Positions 39,909-54,201 are shown, numbered from the stretch's first letter. The stretch: DNA of 64,000 bases from Octopus vulgaris (GCA_951406725.2 OX597823.1:77562001-77626000), one strand, 5' to 3'. Notes: a model not told the origin generated them from the sequence alone. Program-made: numbers and translations.

Positions 39909-40616
39909 CATGCGTATGCGTGCGTGTGTGTATAGGGGTCTAATGGATATCTGCTCATGACTACAGGGGCATTTAAAAACACTAGAGCAGGCATGGTTGG
40001 TAGATTCAGATATCAAATCGTTCCTCATTATGAGTGACAGGAAAATATCTTATATTCAATGCATAAGCTGGAAAACAGATGTTAAAAGTTAACAAGGGTG
40101 ATGATGATGATTCTATACATACATATGTATGTATATATGTGTATATATATATATGTATATATAATATGTTTATATGTAAGTCATTGAAATAATATATAAT
40201 ACTAAATGTATATGTATGTATATATATATATATATATATATATAATATGTATTATATATATTAATGTTTGTTTTATGTATGGTTCTGTATAACATCAGTC
40301 AGATATTAATTGAAGGATCACTTAATACCTTTCAGTATAGTATTATATTTTGTCTTTACAAGGAAAAGGTTGAAGGTTGCTTCAATGTTTTGGTTTAATG
40401 GCCTTTATCAGACAGTCTGACGAAGGTAACTAAGCCAAAAACACAAAACATATAAATACTTATATACATAGCAACATAGATTAAATCATTGTCAGCATCA
40501 TGATTTAACTTTCACTTTTCCATGCTTACCAAATATATATATATACATACATATATATACATATATATATTCATATACACACACATATATACATATATAT
40601 ACATGTATGTGTGAAT

Positions 40617-40647
<31 letters not shown>

Positions 40648-40749
40648 CACACACACATATATACATATGTATATACATATGCCTGTGTGTGTATGTATGT
40701 GTATGTATGTATGTGTTGCATACACTCTATATATATGTGCAATAAATAC

Positions 40750-40817
<68 letters not shown>

Positions 40818-40906
40818 TAGAAACAGTATACATATATATGTGTATATATGAATATATAGAACATCAATTCGTGGGTATGTTTATGTCTGATATATATATA
40901 TATATG

Positions 40907-41110
40907 TACTGCCATGATAGATCGTTAGCCACTACGCACATTTTTCTCTCTCCTTGTTTCTCTCCTTGTTTTTTCTGTGTCCCTTTCTGTAGAAGAGCAT
41001 AGGCTCGAAACACAAAATACTTTTTCTATTCCTGAACGTTATACTAATACATCTGTTTGTTTTGTACACCACCTGTCTTCATCTTTTCTTTTTTTCATAA
41101 ACTCTCCCTA
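40907..41110 (+). mobile_element. Family E element inserted in (TA)n
   Basis: Homologous to 5037-5190; core CTTT-CTGTAGA-A-GAGC-ATAG-GCTC-GAAAC at 40983-41011; (TA)n on both flanks. Confidence 0.8.
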
Positions 41111-41280
41111 TATATATATATATATATACACATATTAAAATTATAATTTAGGGTGTCTAAAAGATGCCACCATGCTAGAGATAGTAGACTATAAAACCAC
41201 ATCATTGCTTTTTACATGCCACCTGCACAGGAGCCAGTCATGTGGCAACAACCAAGACTCATATATATATGCATTATTTA

Positions 41281-41375
<95 letters not shown>

Positions 41376-41825
41376 ATGTATATATGTATGTATGTATGTA
41401 TATACATGCATATGCTTATACACTGATATGTTAACCATTCCAGAGTTCCAGAATGAGAGTCTAAACAGTTGTTGCTGCAATGAAGAAGCCTTATTCTTTT
41501 GTCAAAGATTTGCAACAGAATAGATTACTTCATTACAATGCCTTTGACGATGTATTCTTATGAACTTTACTTCGGGGAATTAATTTTCTATAAAATAAAT
41601 ATTTTATTTTATACAAATTTATTTATAACAATTATCCATGGTTACTGTATATACATTTGAACACATAGATGAATATATGCACATGCATACATGCACATGT
41701 GTGCATACATATATATGTGTGTTCATATTTGTGTGTATTTATATATAGATATATTTTTAAAATGCATATATATATGTGAGTATATATATATAAATACAGA
41801 TATGTGTATATAGATGCATACATAT

Positions 41826-41866
<41 letters not shown>

Positions 41867-42019
41867 CATATATATACATATAGTTTTATATATATATATG
41901 TATTCATATAGATAGGTAGGTACATAAATACTTACATACATGCATACATAGACATATGCACATGCAAATACAATAATGTATATGCACATATATACACAGA
42001 AACACACACACACACATTC

Positions 42020-42082
<63 letters not shown>

Positions 42083-43275
42083 CTAATGAATGTGTATGCA
42101 TCATGAAAGCTCCACATCTGCTCATTTGATTCTTAGATGTTTTGAAATTTCTGTTTGAAAGAAGGGAAAAAAGGAGGGAGAAATATAGATGAAGAGAACA
42201 AGAGAATGGGAGAGAAAGACAGACAGACAAACAGGCTGACAGACAGACAAAAAGAAAAACTGTCTGACAGTCAGAGAGATCTTAGTTAAAATATTCAGTT
42301 GAATTGTTCAAATATTTCTGAGACAATTCAACCAAGGTATCTTTTTGATATTCTGCGAGGAAAGAGATAATTCTGTTTTAACCTAGGAAACCTTTTGTAA
42401 AGAGGTCAAACACAAGTCTAATAAACAATTGATCAACATCAGCATTGTGACACAAACAAATGTCAATCCAAACGTCCAGTCTCCAGGAACAGAGCAGTAC
42501 TAGAAATAATTATTATTGAAACACAAGGTTATGGGAATAACTAATCTCTTATACCATCCACCCCACAACCACCACCACCACTTACACACACTCATGCCAT
42601 TTGCAAGAAAAAAGATTAAGCATTGTTCAAATATTAACTAGAAATAATGTGTTGATGAAGAAGACTAGGGTCAATATTAGTAACTGGCTATCATCATAAC
42701 CATTCAACATCCGTTTTCCATGCTGTCATGGGTTGCACAGTTTGATAAAAGTTGGTGAACCACAAGAATGTGTCCAGCTCAACTGTCTACTTTGGCACGG
42801 TCTCTGTTGCTTGATGCCCTTTCTGGTACCAACCACTTTACGGAGTGTACAGGTCACTTTTTACAGGACATCAGCACATATGTTATTTTAATATATTTTG
42901 ACAATTATTTCAGCAATGATGGGAGACAACTCAGTACATATTTCTTTGTTATTATGACCTCATTCACAACATATAAATATCATTGAGGTGGCAACCTGGT
43001 AGAATCATCAGCATGCTGGGTAAATGCTTAGTGGCATTTCATTTAACTTTATGTTCTGAGTTCAAATTCTGTTACAGTTCACTTTGCCTTTTATCCTTTT
43101 GAAGCCAATAAAATGGGTACCTGCTCATCACTGGGATCGATGTAACTAACTTCCCTCATCCCTAAAATAGCTGACCTGCAAAAATTTGAAACTGGTGTAT
43201 AGACATCACAGTACTTAATGTAGTAGTTGATGAAAGATCACTTAGTAAATGTGAAAGGAAGTTCACTGCCAATCA

Positions 43276-43316
<41 letters not shown>

Positions 43317-44347
43317 CAGAATCATGCCAGATGTTGAGGAGGAGAGAAAATAGTAATTCAGTGAAGGAGAAGTAGTGAGAGTAATAACTCAGACTGGGTG
43401 GAAGTAAGAGAAAGGAATGGATGATAGATGAATAAGGAAAGAAAGGGTGAAAAAAAATGAGTGTTTCAACTCCGTGTGAGTATATGTGTGTGTGCAAGAG
43501 AAGTATGTGAATGTTTGTATGTGTGATTATTATGTACTACAGAGAACATGATGAAAGCTAAAGAAAAACCCTAAAAGTACCTACTCTTTGTCAATCTAAT
43601 GGTAGCACTTTTCTCTCAGTAACACAATAATCATTGCTGCTACTGTTGTTTAACCCTTGGTTATCTGTAAACCAAGCAAACCTATGATCAACCGCACTCT
43701 AAACATAACCAAAGTGCATTTTTCTATATTTCCAGACATAATGTACGAAAGACTACATTTATTCAATATCTTCTCCAATTACTTTCAAAAAGTAGGACAT
43801 AGTCTGAACAAGATTTGACTGCTAATTATAGTAGGTCAAGGAAATACTTGGAGATTTGTTAATGGATCACCAAAAACAATACTTTAAAAGCATCTGACTG
43901 CATGTGTGCATATGAGTTTGTGCATACAAGTATGAATATATTTTTGCATAAACACATAAACTATATATATATGTGTCTGTTTGCTCCAGTAACAGTTCAC
44001 ATCATTGTTGAGTGCATATTGTAGAATGCATTTTCAATATCCAATATGCACTAATCTATGAGTTCAATCTCCTAAATGATTATTTCTTAAACATGTCTAT
44101 CAATAGTCATGTATCTTTTATAAGGTTGCATTTCACTCTGTATTCTGTAACTTTGTGAGGATTAGAGTGTCTGTCTGAAACTATTTCTATGTCTGGATAC
44201 CAGTTTGTGTGTATGTATGTATGAGTATATCTCTGTGTATATATATATATATATGTGTGTGTGTGTATGCATGCATATATAAATATTTGTGTATACATAT
44301 ATGTATATATATGAGTGTACAACTATAAATGTATATATATATACATA

Positions 44348-44380
<33 letters not shown>

Positions 44381-45420
44381 ATATATATATACATACATAC
44401 AGTATATATATATACACATACGTATATATATATATATATATATACATACATATATATATATATATACATACGTATATATATACATACGTATATATATATA
44501 TATATATACATACATGTATATATATGCATACATATACATATATATATATGTACATACTTATATACATTCATCTCTCTCTATATATATATATACACACACA
44601 TATACAGAATTGCACATGCATGCATAAGTATAAAGTGTATTTCATATATATGTAAACATCAGTACTTATGTGTCAATATGTGCATGTGTATGCATGCACA
44701 AAGGTAAACATAAATATAATATACATACATACATGCATATATATATATACACACACAGACATACTTACAGACATACATACATGGACACATGCATATGTAT
44801 GTGTGTGTACAAACACAGAGTAAATTCACTACACACACATATGTACTATATTCCCGTATTGTTCATCGTTAAGATGCAGCGTCTTGCTGCCTGTTGTAAG
44901 GATTCAAATGCTTTTATTGCCTCTCAGAGTTTCTGGTGACACATCATTATCTGAACGTTTTTGAGGTTTCAGTGCCATTCCCAGCCTCCATCACACCAAT
45001 TTCTTGACAAGGTAAAAGAGACCTATTTCAAAAGTAGTGGGAAAAAAAAAAAAAAAAAACTCTAAAGATTTATATAAAAACTTTATTTCATCTGAACTTA
45101 AATCACCACCCCCACAAAGCAATATTAAAAAAATTTTTTGAATGACAAAAAAGAAATTAATTCTATCAAAAAGAAACAAGAATAAGCACTAATTTTTATA
45201 TATTTCGGATAACGAACTTCTGCTTTATCTGTGTCAATCTCTTTTAATTGAACATTTGGTGGATTCTGAACGCTTTCAATAAAGAATATAAAGAAGAAAA
45301 ATAAGTTATGGAAAAGCAGCTTTAAAATGGTTTAAATTCATATTTCTACAAGTCATTTTCTGTAGAGTTTCTAAACATTTCTCATTCATTTATCAGTTTA
45401 TTATGCATATGTGCACATGA

Positions 45421-45476
<56 letters not shown>

Positions 45477-45615
45477 CATCTATCTCTTTAGCAATCTATC
45501 TATCCAGCCATCTATCCCTCAATCTCCCTGTCTATCTATCTATCTATCTATCTATCTATCCCATCTATCTCTTTAGCAATCTATCTATCCAGCCATCTAT
45601 CCCTCAATCTCCCTG

Positions 45616-45668
<53 letters not shown>

Positions 45669-45680
45669 ATCTATCTATCA
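45421..45680. repeat. (TATC)n array containing a tandem duplication of an about 85 bp unit
   Basis: CCATCTATCTCTTTAGCAATCTATCTATCCAGCCATCTATCCCTCAATCTCCCTGTC occurs twice. Confidence 0.92.
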
Positions 45681-46828
45681 ATTTATCAATTTATTTCGTC
45701 ACCTGAAGAATTACACAGATGACAGTAACTGAATTATAACAGAGGAAATCAATAACTTTGAACGAATAGATAAGTTCTGTTACATAAACTGAGTACTTTC
45801 CTTCACTCTGCATAACTAAGGCTGGTTAAGTGTTTGGTAACTGATTCAAGCAACAACTAGGCAGAGCTTGAGAGGACGTTTTGGTTTGCTGATTGCTAAG
45901 CAACCTCACTAGTGCTGGTTACACTATAGAAGTAAAGTTGCATTGTACACACAGTAGTAGGAAAGAATTCTGACTGCAAAAACCATTCCTGGGGAAGGTG
46001 TGATCCCTTTCCCCAACCCTACCTCTACATCCCTAACCCATTACATCTTGTCAAGGCATCATATCCATACCATCAAGGAAAGTAGATGCAAAACGATGAC
46101 AACTCTTTTGTCAGCATTGATGAAATAAATATAAGTTGATGATGATTTATAAGATGACAAAAGAAAGAATTAAATATATATAAGACTTGTACTGACAATA
46201 AAAGTGTTTTTTTCTATCACAAAACATATATTGCATTATCGTATCTTTCATAAAGTCTTTTCAACATCGTTTTACCTATGCACCACCTTCTTTCTTTATA
46301 TCATCCATTCATTGTCGGACAATTGAGTCAATTATCAGACTTCTCTTGATCAAGTGTACTCTGCAACAAACCATCTACCAACTTGATAATCTTCTTGAAC
46401 AGCGGTTATGAATATTTTATTATCAGAACACATTTTATTTTTTCGAATCAAAATTTCTAATCTTCTTTAGTTATATTTTCTTTTTATTTTATTTCATTTT
46501 TATTTTATTTAAATAAAAAAGCAATTTTTTAGAAATTTAATAAAATTAACTTTTGACACTTTCTTGAGGAAACATTTCTGAGATTTTGTTTGCAGTAAAT
46601 TTTATTTTGTAACCTTTATGTCCCTGGTTTATCGTTTAATATAATCATGAATATTTTATATTTTATATAAAAGCTCACTTTGCAAATACAGAGTTTCATG
46701 TTCAGTCCCACTGTGCAGCACCTTGGGCAAGTATTTTCCGCTGTAGTCCCATGCTGGTCAATGCATTGAGAATGTATTTGGTTGAAGGAAACTGTGTTGA
46801 AGCCCATTCTGTGTGTGTGTATATGTGT

Positions 46829-46872
<44 letters not shown>

Positions 46873-47069
46873 AGAGACAGACAGACAGAGCAAGACAGAG
46901 AGAGAGAAAGAGAGATGTATATATGTGTGTTCAGATCGATAGCAGGTGTTGGTTTGTTTACATCTACATAAATCAGCAATTCAGCAATAAGAACCAAAAT
47001 AATAAGTACTAGACTTAAAAACAAAACAAAACAAAAAATATCTAGTACTGGAGTTAATTCGTTTGATCA

Positions 47070-47345
47070 ACGGAAAAGCTTGCTCATGAAATTGACGCAC
47101 AAGTGGCTGAGCACTCCACAAACATGTGTACCCTTAACATAGTTCTCAGGGAGATTCAGCATGACACAGAGTGTGACAAAGCTGGCCCTTTGAAATACAA
47201 GTACTACTCATTTTTTCTAGCTGCGTTAACTGGAGCAACGTGAAATAAAGTGTCTTGCTCAAGGACACAACACGTTAGCAGGAATTGAACTCACGACCTT
47301 ACGACTGTGAGCCAAATGCCCTAACCACTAAGCCACACACCTTCA
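47070..47345 (-). mobile_element. SINE family C (uninterrupted copy)
   Basis: Minus head GAAGGTGTGTGGCTTAGTGGTTAGGG...GTGAGTTCAATTCC (A and B boxes), then GTCCTTGAGCAAGACACTTTATTTCACGTTGCTCCAG. Confidence 0.88.
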
Positions 47346-47399
<54 letters not shown>

Positions 47400-47643
47400 A
47401 GCACACGCACACACACACATATATATGCACATGCATATTTATAGATAGTGAGCTCTTCTGATTTTATGAATTAATGAAAGCAGAGTTTCTCATTGAAGCA
47501 TTAAATCACTAAGATAAATCTACTCTACACTTATATTTAACTGCTTTACAATTACCTTTCACTTGTGTAGAGTTCTCTTTAGATTTCTAATCTCTGATCT
47601 TTGATTTAAGAATTTTTATGTACATACACACATGCAAGCATGC

Positions 47644-47764
<121 letters not shown>

Positions 47765-47780
47765 TCTATCTATATATCTA

Positions 47781-47848
<68 letters not shown>

Positions 47849-47930
47849 AATATCTATCTATCTGTCTAGCCATCTGTCTAGCCATCTGTCTAGCCATCTA
47901 TCTAGCCATCTATCCATTCATCTATCCTCC

Positions 47931-47968
<38 letters not shown>

Positions 47969-47990
47969 ATATATATATATATATATATAT

Positions 47991-48055
47991 AATCAAAATA
48001 AGCAACTAGGATATCCAGAGGATACCTCTGGATATCTTTGTTGCTTATTTTGATT
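47991..48055. repeat. Near-perfect palindrome abutting (TA)n
   Basis: AATCAAAATAAGCAACTAGGATATCCAGAGG-ATA-CCTCTGGATATCTTTGTTGCTTATTTTGATT (29/31 complementary). Confidence 0.92.
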
Positions 48056-48195
48056 TTAATCACCTTACTTAGAAATTGTATGGATAATACCATATTAAAT
48101 TCTAGTACTTTGAACACTGAATGCAGAGTTCCAAGCAACTGTAGTGGTGCATCTTGTGTGGGAACTAATGATATAAACTTGTGTTTATCATAAAT

Positions 48196-48256
<61 letters not shown>

Positions 48257-48356
48257 CATAAGGATATATATATATATATATTAGACAAAATGAGATAGCA
48301 AAGCCAAGGCTGTGAGGAGTTTTCAGGACATTTATAAGTAAAAAGATATAGATATA

Positions 48357-48404
48357 GTCTTACAGCTGTTTGTGGGATATTATGGATATCCCTTTATCAG
48401 AGAC
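48357..48404 (-). ncRNA. Degenerate type I hammerhead-ribozyme-like motif
   Basis: Minus: GUCU-CUGAUAA-A-GGGAUAU-CCAUA-AUAUCCC-A-CAAAC-AGCU-GUA-AGAC. Stems I, II and III all pair, but the core has G8A and G12C. Confidence 0.55.
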
Positions 48405-49269
48405 GATGTGAGATGGTTAAATATATAAGAATAAGCATATTAAAAGGGGTCTGTGTGAAAGCTCATTTAAATAAAACTGTTGGAAACGACTGAAATATAT
48501 ATTATGCATTAATTCATTCCATGTTTTTCTTCATTCGACTTCACTCTTATTACTCTTTTAGGCTTTGTCACCTTTTATTGGTGTATGCATGGGTATTTTA
48601 TACTATTTAGGTTTTACCATCGGGTACCTATTGTTTTAATATATATTTATATTTGATTTTTGATAATTTGGGAATGATATAAAGTTGTTTGGACTGATTG
48701 GAGTGTTTATTCATTATACCTTTCAATTTATCTCACCTTTCTCCTCGGTATCACCTGAGCACTTCCAGCTGCAGTCCTATCATTATTTTTCTTCTTAAGT
48801 TTAACAAAATTACATTTCGGTTTAACAAAGTTATAAATAAAAATAATACATTTCTAAATCTCTCGGAGAGATTTATGCAGCCGTGATACGATAAAGTAGT
48901 TGTATGCTGTCAACTTAATGTGACAGTCCCATGAAGGGAATATTGGTAAGGTACAGGCATAGCTGTATGGTTAAGGATTTGGAATTGTAACCATTTAGTT
49001 TATAATTCAGTCCCATTGTGTAAGATTTTGGGCAAATGTCTTTTACTATAGCCTAAGGTTGACTAGTGCTTCATCTGTGAATTTAGTAGAGAGAAACATT
49101 GATGTGATATAACCGAAATTTGATTGCTATTTCTTTGGGTCAAGCAGTGACTACATAGGGGCTCCCTTGTTAGCTTTAGACATTGTATCTTCTTCATAAA
49201 TGGTGAATTGTGACCTGGGCCAATTTTTATATATCATTCTATCTATCTAACTATTAAAAATAAATGTAC

Positions 49270-49516
49270 CTTTAGTTGAGAAAAACTCAGGAGTATTAAC
49301 AGTAGAACCAAGTGCACTATTACTAATGACCATTTCAAGAAGAGCCAATGTTAAGTTCAAAGAATTCCACGGATGCAACAAGAGTTTGGAGTGGAATGCT
49401 TTTACATCAGTCTGACTAGTTCTCGACATACTAAAAGAGCATGAAATATTATGTGTGTCCCAGTGAGCCAGTGGGTTATGAAATTCACCTTTACCAAGCA
49501 GCATTTGGGGAAACTT
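49270..49516 (-). other. Candidate host exon (unassigned)
   Basis: Non-repetitive frame inside ORF 49247-49639 (KFPQMLLGKGEF...PEFFSTK), bounded by TTTTGTTTACAG and AG|GTACAT; no recognised domain. Confidence 0.22.
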
Positions 49517-49744
49517 CTGTAAACAAAATGTCTGCATCGCTGATAAATGTATGAATATATGGCTTGGCTTCAAGAAAGTAATAAAAGTCTTTGGACAAAT
49601 AGATGAAATAAAAATATATAGAATATAAACTTTATTCAATAATAGACATCAATAAATGGTGATTTCTTAAAGTTTAAGACATATATACTCATATGTATGT
49701 ATGTGTGTACATGTATGTACATGTTTTTGTATGCATGTGTACGT

Positions 49745-49782
<38 letters not shown>

Positions 49783-50067
49783 GCTTATGTGTATATATGT
49801 TTGTCTGTATGCACACATATATGAATATATGGATGTGCAAGTGTGTGTGTGTTTGTGTGAATTTATGTATACAAGTATATGTGTGTGAGTGTGTGTATGT
49901 GTTTGTGCATGTGAGTATATGTATATGCATATATGAATATGTAAATATGTTTATATAAATATATACAAATGCATGTGTATATATATACATATATGTATAT
50001 ATATGTATATATATATATATATATATGCATATATGCATGTGTGTGTGTATATATATATATATGTGCA

Positions 50068-50102
<35 letters not shown>

Positions 50103-50659
50103 GCATGTGTGTGTATGTATATATATATGACTGAGTGTATTTCTTAGTAGGGATAGATAAACAAAAATAAGTAAATAAATAAATTAATTAAATATAAACA
50201 TAAATGTAAAATAAAAAAAAAAGAAAGAAAAATATTGATTTCTTCTCCCCTAAGATTTATGACTCATTGGTGCATTTGAGTGCTTCGAGAGATAGCTGAA
50301 CCAATATTTCAAGAATTATAGGTTTCTATGAAAACAGCAAACCTGCACAATCCACACCGACCATCCCCAATGACAGCCTCCACCAATATAATCTTGTGCC
50401 ACTGTTATCATCATTACCATCATTACCATCCACATCATCGACATCAGCTTCACACTATAGTCATCATCATCATTGTCATCACCAACTCTATCACCACCAT
50501 TATCACTGTCATAACCAATACCATCGCCATCAGTGCTGCCGTTACCACTGCAACCATTACTGTTACTACTGCTGCCTTTACTTCTGCTGCTGGTACAATT
50601 GTTACCACTTTGACCTTCTCCACCATGATGGTTATCACTAACTTGCCTATTATAACCAT

Positions 50660-50701
<42 letters not shown>

Positions 50702-50842
50702 CCACCACCACCACCCATTACTCCACCACTATTTCTGCCATTGTCACTACCAACATGACTACCACTATCACTACACCCAACACAACAACCGACATCACTG
50801 CTACCATAACTATTACCACCCCCCATCTATAACAACAGCAGT

Positions 50843-51101
50843 GGAGGCACGTGGCTTAGTGGTTAGGGTGTCAGCATCATGATCGTAAGATTGTGGTTTC
50901 GATTCCTGGACCAGGCGACACGTTGTGTTCTTGAGCAAAACACTTCATTTCACGTTGCTCCAGTCCACTCAGCTGGCAAAAATGAGTAACGCTGCGATGG
51001 ACTGGTGTCCCATCCAGCTGGGGAACACATACACTATTGAAACTGGGAAACCAGGCCCATGAGCCTGGCTAGGCTTTAAAAGGGTGCATTTATTATTTTA
51101 T
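50843..51101 (+). mobile_element. tRNA-derived SINE (family-C head, V-domain-like 3' part) with TSD
   Basis: GGAGGCACGTGGCTTAGTGGTTAGGG...GGTTTCGATTCC head; CTGCGATGGACTGGTGTCCCATCCAG segment; TSD AACAGC(A/G)GT at 50834-50842 and 51102-51110. Confidence 0.88.
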
Positions 51102-52164
51102 AACAGCGGTACTACATCTTCAACTACAGTCATTTTATTAACCACTACAACCAACACTATACCATCTCTGCAACCACATCATCACCACTATTGTACCCCT
51201 ACTACTATCACTACCATCAACAACATCAGTAGCAGTGACAGCGATAAGACTACTGCTACCACCTATACAAGCACCACCGACACCTGAACAATCATTACAA
51301 TCATACCATGACCACCACTTCAACTACTGCTCCATCACAACAACCATACCACTGCCGCTGCCATCAGCCAACCACCACTATTAAGAACAACCACCTCAAC
51401 TTTTACCACCACCACAACCACCACTACCATTCCAGTATGACTATCACATCATAATCACCACAACCATCTCAACAACCATGAACAGCAACAACAACAGCAG
51501 CAACACAACTGCAACCGTCTATACAGCCAACTAAACAACTACCATAGCCACCACGACCACAATATTATGACTATCATACCACTACCATGACCACCAACAT
51601 TGACAACAACAACCACTACCATAACATAACCACCACAAACAAGAACAAAAAAACACACAATCACCACCACCACCCACTGCCTCCAATATGACAACCTACA
51701 ATTACTCCAGCACCATCACCACCATCAGCATCTTCCTTCTGTCCCTATTAATCAGCAATTTGATCAACAATCAATTATTGTTTGACCACTGTTTCATGGA
51801 TTCTTTAGTTGGTTTGACAGCCATTATAGTGAACAGACCTTCATCTTAATTTACTGACACTATCTTCAGCATCTTTAGCATCATCACAATCACAAGCACA
51901 TCAGAAACAGCAAACAGCCCAGCAAAGCTGTCTCTACGTGGTTAATCAATATACAAGAAATAACTACCAGATCACTCTTGTATCACATTCTTCCTGCTGT
52001 TTCAAATAAAGTTAGAATGCATTAAGATAATGTAGTCCAAAATGCAAATGAACTAGGTAGGATGGTCAAAGACTGACCTTTGTAGTTCAGCTGAGACTGG
52101 TCTGACATCAAGAAATAGCCACCAAATTACTCTCATTTCACACACCATGTTGTCTTATAGTATA

Positions 52165-52556
52165 CTAGCAGTATCGCCCAGCGTTGTTCAGGTTTGTTTC
52201 GACCCTTTAGAATTGGAATTTTTGAAAAGTAAAAATTTTGCATTATGTAGCTTATTATTCTCTTTAAGTGAACATTTTTCTGGTTGAAATACACCGAAAA
52301 ATGGCGACACAGCAGTCAAAAAGTCGTAAAAAATAGGGATTTTCATAGAAAAAAAGCACCTTTTCGATGTAAATAATTTTTGGTGTTAACATGGTCCGAT
52401 TTGAATTTTTTCTTCTACGGAAGGAAGAGCAAGCCTTCTTCTATCATACTCTCAATTTTGGTCAACTTGCGCCGCAGGGTCTTGGAGGAGATAGTGTTAG
52501 TTGAAGGCTACCAAACCTGCCATACACAGACAACTTCAGCTTTATATATATAGAGA
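52165..52556 (-). mobile_element. Non-autonomous Helitron, complete (392 bp)
   Basis: Minus strand A|TCTCTATATATATAAAGCTG...CCTGAACAACGCTGGG hairpin, CGATACTGCTAG|T. Has 5' TC, 3' CTAG, insertion between A and T, and no TSD. Confidence 0.93.
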
Positions 52557-53691
52557 TATCCTATTGAAACTATCTCTTTCAATAAGTGGTTAGTATCACA
52601 TTCTCCTTTAAATGGGATGCCAATCCATTATAGGGTTAACATCCCAGCTATTGCTGGAATTCTTTTACAGCTGAGTGAACTGGAGCAACATGAAATGAAG
52701 GGGTCTGCTCAAGAACATAATGCACCAGCTTGTCTGGGAACTGAAACCACAGTCTTACAACTATGAGTACAACACCCTAACTGCTAGGCCATGTGCTTTC
52801 ACTAATGCATTACATAATTTCAACATACGTTTGGCCCACTCCGAGTGGCCCACCCTGTGTCATCCAAACATATATATAGACCCAAACATACCACCAACTT
52901 TGAATCTTTGGTTAGAAATTAATGTTTCTGTGCTTGGAATCAGGAATCCCTCCTCTTTTACAAAATCTATTTACACCCCCAACAGTCTAAATGAGATGAG
53001 TTTTCAGCTAATTAATCACAAATATGATGCTGTACCAATTTAGCCTAGTTTGGTCATCTTCCCAGATGCTTCAATGATTTCAAGTGAGCACACCGTCCAT
53101 CACAGTCCTCCTTAATTCAGCAACATTTGCCATTCAATTGTCCTGAATCAAGTTGTTCACACAGATTAGATGTTTTCTTCCCAGTTCATTCTTTCTTCAA
53201 CTGATGGACATCAGACCAGTTGTCACACAGATTCTTCTTTGCTTGACACAATGACCAACAATTCTTCTTCTTCTTCCCAGCTGAATCTTCTCAGCCACTT
53301 TGGTTTGGTATGAAACAAGGGACTCTTGACTGGTTGTCCAATCTCCCCTCAGTTCACTCAGTCATTCATACCCACCACAACACATTACAGTAAAATACTT
53401 ATTGGATAAATAAAATACATAAGGTTCAATAGAATAACAGTTTATATATCCTACTGAAACAATCTCTTATAATTAGCTTTTTCTTTTTATTAGTTTTTGG
53501 TAACAGAATTTCTTATTTTGCAATATGTCGATGTGGTGCTAAAATGTAAAAGAACACACCAACCATAAACATCAAATGACAATTAAATATTGATTACTTG
53601 TCACCAAGCATCAGGCTATTGTTTATGGAGAAAGTAAAAGCCTAGTGTATCAACTTCATTAATTTACCTATCTATTTATCCATCCATATAT

Positions 53692-53862
53692 ATTTTATTG
53701 CCCACAGGGGGCAAAACATAGAGGGGACAAACAAGGACAGACAAAGGGATTAAGTCGATTATATTGACCCCAGTGCGTAACTAGTACTTATTTAATCGAC
53801 CCCAAAAGGATGAAAGGCAAAGTCGACCTCGGTGAAATTTGAACCCAGAGCATAACAGCAGA
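53692..53862 (-). mobile_element. SINE family A, 5'-truncated
   Basis: Reverse complement of the 14694 copy from the tail to the B-box region. Confidence 0.88.
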
Positions 53863-53864
53863 CT

Positions 53865-54201
53865 TTGGACCTCATGGAAGTGATGACAAGTGACCAAGAC
53901 CTTTGGTGATATGCTGTATTTTAGAAGTCTCTTCAAGCCAAGTGATATCATATTCATAGTTAATGCTGGTGACACATAAGTGACATCTGTGCCAGTGGCA
54001 TATAAAAAGTACCCATGCCTATGGCATATTAAAAGCACTCATTATACTCTTGGTGTGGTCAGCATTTGAATGGGCATTCAGCCATAGAAAACCAGGCCAA
54101 ATCAGACTGGAACTTGGTGTGGCTATCTGGCTCAGCAGTTCCAATTAAACCATCTAAACTATGCCAGCATGGAAAACAGATGCTAATGGTGATGATGATG
54201 A
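53865..54201 (+). mobile_element. RTE LINE 3' end with UTR and (GAT)n tail
   Basis: LDLMEVMTSDQDLW*YAV (RTE terminal DR..W motif), then UTR GGGCATTCAGCCATAGAAA...ATGCCAGCATGGAAAA..(GAT)n. Confidence 0.7.

Noticed and set aside
45693-45750. CTGAAGA...GTAACTGAAT hammerhead-like remnant (also about 41423-41475)
   Set aside because: Too many core changes to distinguish from chance without a family consensus.
50843-50915. tRNA gene
   Set aside because: A and B boxes are present but no proper acceptor stem; it continues into a SINE body with a TSD. The same applies to the other SINE heads.
50328-51730. Mucin-like or His/Thr-rich ORFs
   Set aside because: A degenerate (CAC/CAT/TAC/CAA)n array that is open in multiple frames and interrupted by a SINE.
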